The notes beneath the pieces were generated by a model. That model made no database searches, was not told the DNA's origin, and saw nothing but the letters and a program-made list of their open reading frames with translations. Shown here piece by piece: positions 58,962-64,000 of a stretch of 64,000 nt of DNA. Origin of the DNA: an uncultured Acidobacteriaceae bacterium (GTDB lineage: Bacteria > Acidobacteriota > Terriglobia > Terriglobales > Acidobacteriaceae). The first letter of the stretch is position 1. Each line of letters begins with the position of its first letter. Both the position numbers and the translations under genes were made by a program. The stretch spans positions 94,713-158,712 of the forward strand of contig CAVVTL010000021.1 of the NCBI GenBank assembly GCA_963751155.1, written 5' to 3'.

Positions 58962-60680
58962 CTATTCGCCCGCCGCAACGGAGCCGATCCGAAGAAACAC
59001 ATCACGAAGCTTACCGTGGCGCTGCAGCAGATTCAGATACCGCGTCTCATCGCGGCCGGCTTTGGCGCGAATAATTGCGACGAGCTGTTGCTTCTCGTTG
59101 GCCGACCAGCGCTCGACGTCTCCGACTAATGCGAGTGCCACCGCGAAATTGCTCAGCGCCCGTTGCTCACGAGATGTCCAGCCATCCGGATTTACATCCA
59201 GCGCTTTGCATAGGCGTGACTCGGCTCGCCGCCGCATCTTGACAGCATCGCCACCGAATTCCCGCGCCATCTTCTGCTGTGCCGCAAGTCCCAGGTTCCT
59301 CGTTGAAAAGCAGTCCCAGCACCCGACCGGAGTGCCTCGCAGTTCGAAGAACATGTGCCCCCCGGCGAGTTTGCGCAAGGTCCGCGCCGCTGTCCGATGG
59401 CGCGGATCGCGTGCCATTCTTTTCTCTTCGCGCTCGGTAATGGCCATCAAATCAGGGCGTCCGGGCCGGAAGCCCAGCTTGCGGTAGAACCAGAACGCCC
59501 CCGATTGAATTGCCTCCTCATTGTCTTGCCCGATCTGGTACGGATAAACCGAGAAGCAGGTAACGCCCGCGAGTTGGTGCAGTGTGTGCAGAATCCTGGA
59601 ATAGATCCAGGCGGTTTCACCTTCCCGGAAAGCGTAAAACGTGTTGAAGCCAACCTCCATCCATTCGAACAACCCAATGGCCTCAAAGTAGTTGACCGGC
59701 ACGCCGTTCTTGAGCGTGAAGCCCGCGTAGTAGGCCCGCAACGGCAGTCGCCACTCCGCCTCCAGCCCCCAAAGGAACAACTGCACTCCTCTGCCAACGT
59801 CCACTTGAAATGCATGCCCGGGATCGGCGCAGGTTGACCCCTGCAGCTCGCGATAACGAACCGCCAGCGCGTCGCGCGCCATGTCAATCACGGCCTGAGC
59901 CTCGTCCCGGCCCAGCTTCCGAATGTCGAGCGGAGCAGACGCCATCTCATTGTGCAGTGACACCTGCTTGCGCTGCAAAAGCGGCTCCTTGTGGAGAAAC
60001 ATCCGCGAAACTGGGCGGCGTGCCAGCGTGCGGCTAGCGGAAGACTCGCGCAGGTTCCAGCGCAGATTCACACCCAGGCTGTCATAGAGGCTGGTTCGCA
60101 CCAACGGCGTCACCGGCAATTCATCAAAGCTGCGGAAGAGCCACGACAGTTCGCGCTCCTGCCCTCCGGCCGCGGTTCCTATCCACTTCAAATAAGGGGT
60201 GTCGGCTTCCACAAAAGAATCGTCGGCCAGCAGCGGCAGGCAGTTCGGCAAGACGGTCGCCAGCTGGCGATAGCGCTCCTCCAAGTTCCATTCCGAGCTG
60301 ACTTGGCTGGAATGCCGCAAGCCCAGAAATCGTGCCAACTCGAAGGTCCAGTTGTTCTCCAGCGTCGTGCCAACGATTCCGGACACTCGCTCGTCGTCCA
60401 GGACTGACGCGTCGTCGGGCAAGCCGGCAAACCTGTCCACCTGTGGTTGGATTCCGGCTAAGTGCGAATCGCAAAGTTTCGCCACGGTCTCGCTTTGCGG
60501 GAACGCCCTGAGGAACAGCAAATTGTCATGGGCCTTCACCAGCGAATCCACATCGGGATAATGCAGGCTCCTCAGCTTCACCAGCAGCTCTTCACATTCC
60601 GACGCGCATCCCGCACCATAGCGTTGCTTCGCGCGTTCGAGTTGTTGCAGCAGCGCAGCATCTCGTTTGCCCACTTCCAC
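58962..60680 (-). CDS. Large conserved-looking hypothetical protein with a possible GNAT-like segment
   Basis: 572-aa ORF with good coding appearance. The only recognisable element is QSGAFWFYRKLGFRP, which resembles the GNAT motif-A tail. Confidence 0.55.
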   Translation of the reverse strand: MEVGKRDAALLQQLERAKQRYGAGCASECEELLVKLRSLHYPDVDSLVKAHDNLLFLRAFPQSETVAKLCDSHLAGIQPQVDRFAGLPDDASVLDDERVSGIVGTTLENNWTFELARFLGLRHSSQVSSEWNLEERYRQLATVLPNCLPLLADDSFVEADTPYLKWIGTAAGGQERELSWLFRSFDELPVTPLVRTSLYDSLGVNLRWNLRESSASRTLARRPVSRMFLHKEPLLQRKQVSLHNEMASAPLDIRKLGRDEAQAVIDMARDALAVRYRELQGSTCADPGHAFQVDVGRGVQLFLWGLEAEWRLPLRAYYAGFTLKNGVPVNYFEAIGLFEWMEVGFNTFYAFREGETAWIYSRILHTLHQLAGVTCFSVYPYQIGQDNEEAIQSGAFWFYRKLGFRPGRPDLMAITEREEKRMARDPRHRTAARTLRKLAGGHMFFELRGTPVGCWDCFSTRNLGLAAQQKMAREFGGDAVKMRRRAESRLCKALDVNPDGWTSREQRALSNFAVALALVGDVERWSANEKQQLVAIIRAKAGRDETRYLNLLQRHGKLRDVFLRIGSVAAGE

Positions 60681-60842
60681 ACCCTCCGCCGGCCTGAAAG
60701 ACGCGCTGACAGTCTACCTCGACCTGCGCCGGGGCCCAGCAACGTCACGCCAAACCGCTATTCCCTGCCGTTCTGGCCGGCTTCCGCCAGTTTGAGGTTC
60801 TGCCTCAAGTCCTGCGCCAATCTGCCGATGGGTTCTGCAGCC

Positions 60843-61181
60843 ATGTCCAACACTGTCGAGACCATCCACCCGAGGATCGAGTTGCCAATCGCACCTGATC
60901 GCCGTCGTCAGGACCGCGTGCTGACCCGCCTCCCCATTCGCATCGTGGGCATTGACGGAAATCCTGTCTTCTATCCTGGCGTGTGTACAAATCTGAGCCG
61001 CGGCGGCGTTGGATTCGAAACCACCGCCCGTATTGAGGTTGGAAAGGTCGTCGAAATCGAATTTGTGCAGGTGGTTGACGAGGCTGTCCGATACTGGCTG
61101 CGAATCTTGTTTCGCTGCGACAGCCGCTACGGCGGGTATTACGTCAACGACGACGGCAGCGACATTCGCGCTCCCAACTAG
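60843..61181 (+). CDS. PilZ-domain protein (single domain, c-di-GMP-binding motifs present)
   Basis: RRRQDR (RxxxR) and NLSRGG (D/NxSxxG) motifs. ATG 60843 lies inside the longer track ORF 60462..61181. Confidence 0.75.
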   Translation: MSNTVETIHPRIELPIAPDRRRQDRVLTRLPIRIVGIDGNPVFYPGVCTNLSRGGVGFETTARIEVGKVVEIEFVQVVDEAVRYWLRILFRCDSRYGGYYVNDDGSDIRAPN

Positions 61182-61263
61182 AGCAGCTTCAATGTGGGTG
61201 TGTCGGCGGCGGATGGAATACGACTTACGAGGCTGCGGAAGAAGTCACCGAGGCAGATCATAG

Positions 61264-61602
61264 CCCCCCTGCCCCATCCTGAAAACAAAGGGTTTATTGC
61301 ACGATTCGGCGCAAAGTCCTTAAAACAAAGGTGTTAAATGTAAAGTCCTACAAACAAAGAAGTTAGCTCTGCTTTTTGGAGATTTTGGCGCCGGAATTTG
61401 GCTATCTTGCGCGATTCCTCGCAAAGTCTTAGAAACAAATAGGTTACATGTAAAGTCTTGTTATCAAAGAACTTAGCTGGCAGGTTTCTCCGCTGAGGAG
61501 CAGCCTCGCCTGGGCGTGTGTTGGGCCAGCCAGAATTAGAAATACAGCGGCGGGTGTGGCGGGAGCAACGGAAATCGGCAGGCGTATGTGACGAAAGTAA
61601 CC
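61264..61602. repeat. Copy B of the conserved non-coding element
   Basis: Aligns with 23542-23914. 29-nt units lie at 61311-61339, 61340-61368, 61421-61449 and 61450-61478. It ends with the identical 33-mer GGAAATCGGCAGGCGTATGTGACGAAAGTAACC. Confidence 0.85.
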
Positions 61603-61720
61603 TAATTTTCCCAAAGCGGGACGGATGACAGAACCAATGGATTGTAAGGCAACGCAGTTGGTTACGAAGCCGAGCACGCCGTCCGGCATCACAGTCGCTG
61701 AACCACCTCTACGAACCGTC

Positions 61721-63115
61721 CTACTGTTGCCAGCCTCCGCCCAATGCCTGATACAGCGCGGCATAGTTCTGCAACTCGGTAAACCACGCCTGCGACAGGC
61801 TCAGCGCCGACAGGAAATACTGTTGCTCGTAATACTGCACCTCAAGGAAGCTGGTCACTCCGCCCTGGAATCGGACGTTTGCGAGGTCCGCCATCTGCTT
61901 GTAGGTCGCGGTCTGCTGCTGGATCTTGATCCGGTACTGCCGCGATTGGTTATAGCCAACCAGCGCATTGGAAACATCTCCGAACGCCTGGTTCACCGTT
62001 TGCTTGTATGTCAGATCCGCTTCGTCGCGTTGCGCCCACGCCAACTTGTACTGGCTTTTGATCCTGCCGCCTTGGAAAATCGGCTGCACCACCCCTCCGC
62101 CCACCGACCAGAACGTTGCCGGCCCCTGCAGGAAACTAGTGATGGCCGTGCTCTGTGCGCCGAACACACCGGTGAGTGAAATCTGCGGAAAGAAGTTTGC
62201 CTTGGCCACGCCCACGTTTGCGTTGGCGGCAACCAAGTTTTCTTCCGCACGCCGAATATCCGGACGCCGCTCTAGCAACGCGGAGGGCAGTCCGGCGGGA
62301 ACCTCCGGAAGATGCGGTTGCTCGGTGACTCCAAGCCCACGCGCAATCGGCCCCGGATTCCGCCCCAGCAGTATGCTGAGGTTGTTCTCGGTTTGCTCGA
62401 TGAATTGTTGCGTGCTAATGACCTGCGCTTCGGCCTGCTGCAGCAGCGTCTCCGCCTGGTAAACGTCCGTGATGGCGCTCTCGCCGCCCTTGAACTTGAT
62501 GTTGTTCAGCTTCAGGATTTCCTGGTCCGCATCAACCGATTTCTTCGAGAATTCCAGCTGATCGTCATACTGCCGCAGCAGAAAGTAGTCGGTCGCCACC
62601 GAGTCCACCAGCGACGCCCGCACCACTTCCTGGCCGAACTGCGAGGCCAGCAGCGAGGCGCGTGCCGCTTCTGTCGCCCGCCGGTACTGTCCCCAAAAAT
62701 CGACAATGTAGTTCAAAGACAGCGCGAGACTGTCGTAGGTCGGCGACTTGTTGGTGGTTTGGTTGGTGAGCGAATTGCGCTCGTTGATGATGGAGCCCGA
62801 ACCGCTGACCATGGGGAATTGGTTCGACCTCGTGATGCCCAGGTTGGCATTGGCCTGCAACACGCGCGTGGCCGCAATGCGTAGGTCGTAGTTGTTGGTC
62901 AAGGCCTCCTTGATGAGTCCCTGCAGCACCGGGTCTTGGTACACTCCGGCCCACGGCGAATCCCCGATCGACGCCACCTGCGTCGAGGCGTCGGGCGCCA
63001 CGCCGCGGTACTGGTCCGGCACCGTCGTCGCCGGACGCTGATAGTTCGGCCCGACCTTGCATCCGCAAATGGACAGGACCACCAGGAAAGCGGCAATGCT
63101 CTTGAGCTTAGTCAT
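61721..63115 (-). CDS. RND efflux outer-membrane factor lipoprotein (NodT family)
   Basis: Lipobox LSICGC followed by GPNYQRP, with two OEP repeats. Confidence 0.9.
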   Translation of the reverse strand: MTKLKSIAAFLVVLSICGCKVGPNYQRPATTVPDQYRGVAPDASTQVASIGDSPWAGVYQDPVLQGLIKEALTNNYDLRIAATRVLQANANLGITRSNQFPMVSGSGSIINERNSLTNQTTNKSPTYDSLALSLNYIVDFWGQYRRATEAARASLLASQFGQEVVRASLVDSVATDYFLLRQYDDQLEFSKKSVDADQEILKLNNIKFKGGESAITDVYQAETLLQQAEAQVISTQQFIEQTENNLSILLGRNPGPIARGLGVTEQPHLPEVPAGLPSALLERRPDIRRAEENLVAANANVGVAKANFFPQISLTGVFGAQSTAITSFLQGPATFWSVGGGVVQPIFQGGRIKSQYKLAWAQRDEADLTYKQTVNQAFGDVSNALVGYNQSRQYRIKIQQQTATYKQMADLANVRFQGGVTSFLEVQYYEQQYFLSALSLSQAWFTELQNYAALYQALGGGWQQ

Positions 63116-64000
63116 GGCCGTCTCCCGTCACCTCAGGTCCTGCGACGCCCGGTGGCGGCTCGTGTTTCGTGCCGCCAAGCTTGGCGCCAAACTTTTCAAC
63201 GACCTCAAAGCTCACAGGAATGAAGAAAATTGCCAGTACCGTGGCTGCCGTCATGCCTCCGATTACGCACGTACCCAACGTCTGCCGCGCGATGGCTCCT
63301 GCACCGCTTGCCGTCCACAGCGGGACGCAACCCAGGATGAACGCGAAGGCCGTCATCAGAATCGGCCGCAATCGCAGTCGTGCGCCGGTCAAGGCGGCAT
63401 CGATCAGCGGCTTGCCGTTGTCGTATTCCATCTTGGCAAATTCGACGATCAGAATCGCATTCTTCGCCGAGAGTCCAATCAACATGATCAGACCAATTTG
63501 CGTGTACACGTTGTTGTCGAGCGCACGGAAGTGCAACGTGATGAACGCGCCGAAAATAGCGATGGGAACACCCAGCAGTACCGCGAACGGAAGCGTCCAG
63601 CTCTCGTACTGCGCCGCCATGATCAGGAAGACCACAAAGAACGCCAGTCCGAAGATGGTTACCGGCGACACGCCTTGCGCCGCCTTCACTTCCTGATAGG
63701 TCATGCCGCTGAAGTCAAATCCCATCTGTCCCGGCATGGTCGTCTTGAACACATCGTTCACCGCGTCGATGGCCTGGCCCGAACTGTAACCCGGGGCCGC
63801 GTTGGCGTTGATCTGCACGCAGTTGAACAGGTTGTATCGCATCACGAACTCAGCGCCCGCGCGCGGATAGGTGCTCGACAACGTGCTCATCGGCACCATC
63901 TCGCCGGCGGTGTTTCGCACATAAAACTTGCCGAGATTGCTCGCATTGGTGCGAAATTTCCCATCAGCCTGGACATACACCTGCCACTGCAAGCCGAAAC
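63108..64000 (-). CDS. RND (AcrB/HAE1-like) inner-membrane efflux permease, C-terminal part (5' end outside the window)
   Basis: C-terminal TM bundle (LIMLIGLSAKNAILIVEF...RLRPILMTAFAFILG). The stop overlaps the NodT start by 8 nt. Confidence 0.9.
   Translation of the reverse strand, partial: FGLQWQVYVQADGKFRTNASNLGKFYVRNTAGEMVPMSTLSSTYPRAGAEFVMRYNLFNCVQINANAAPGYSSGQAIDAVNDVFKTTMPGQMGFDFSGMTYQEVKAAQGVSPVTIFGLAFFVVFLIMAAQYESWTLPFAVLLGVPIAIFGAFITLHFRALDNNVYTQIGLIMLIGLSAKNAILIVEFAKMEYDNGKPLIDAALTGARLRLRPILMTAFAFILGCVPLWTASGAGAIARQTLGTCVIGGMTAATVLAIFFIPVSFEVVEKFGAKLGGTKHEPPPGVAGPEVTGDGHD

Noticed and set aside
60462-60842. 5' extension of the PilZ ORF (track ORF 60462..61181, 239 aa)
   Set aside because: The upstream 127 codons overlap the 5' end of the divergent gene 58962..60680 and translate to Arg/Pro/Leu-rich sequence. 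The PilZ domain begins at ATG 60843.

Overview
This is a GC-rich bacterial chromosomal segment (roughly 58-60% GC by eye). The protein families present (CarboxypepD_reg-type TonB receptors and OMPs, a GWxTD protein, many secreted hypotheticals) suggest Acidobacteriota, which is an inference. Most of the content is ordinary housekeeping and sugar catabolism. It includes recO-glyQ-glyS-ppdK, aroK, a full asd-lysC-dapB-dapA-dapD lysine/DAP cluster, a DAACS symporter, RNase J, a threonine/serine dehydratase, uppP and ftsK. It also includes a MacA adaptor with an ABC ATPase, a PBP-type transpeptidase, kdsC and a 1465-aa Lhr helicase. There is a xylose locus (xylA, xylB, GH3, LacI regulator, TonB-dependent receptor). 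There is a hexuronate locus (uxaC, Tat-signal aldo/keto reductase, LarA-like enzyme, ExuT-like MFS, SDR). The remaining genes are an S9 peptidase, a PilZ protein and NodT/RND efflux genes. I saw no rRNA, tRNA, CRISPR array, transposase or integrase. Points worth a second look: (1) Two same-orientation copies, 38 kb apart, of a ~340-370 nt non-coding element built from degenerate 29-nt AT-rich units plus a conserved GC-rich 3' module. (2) At least 12 frameshifts clustered in six otherwise well-conserved genes (glyS, glyQ, dapD, xylB, the Tat-AKR, possibly ftsK) while their neighbours are intact. Several sit at homopolymers, so assembly indels are the leading explanation. (3) A tandem array of GC hairpins with UGAA loops, and two GG-heptad arrays just after stop codons. 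(4) A LarA-like (nickel-pincer) enzyme embedded in the hexuronate locus. I did not find a convincing novel multi-gene system such as a defence island. The repeated intergenic element is the best candidate for something undescribed.
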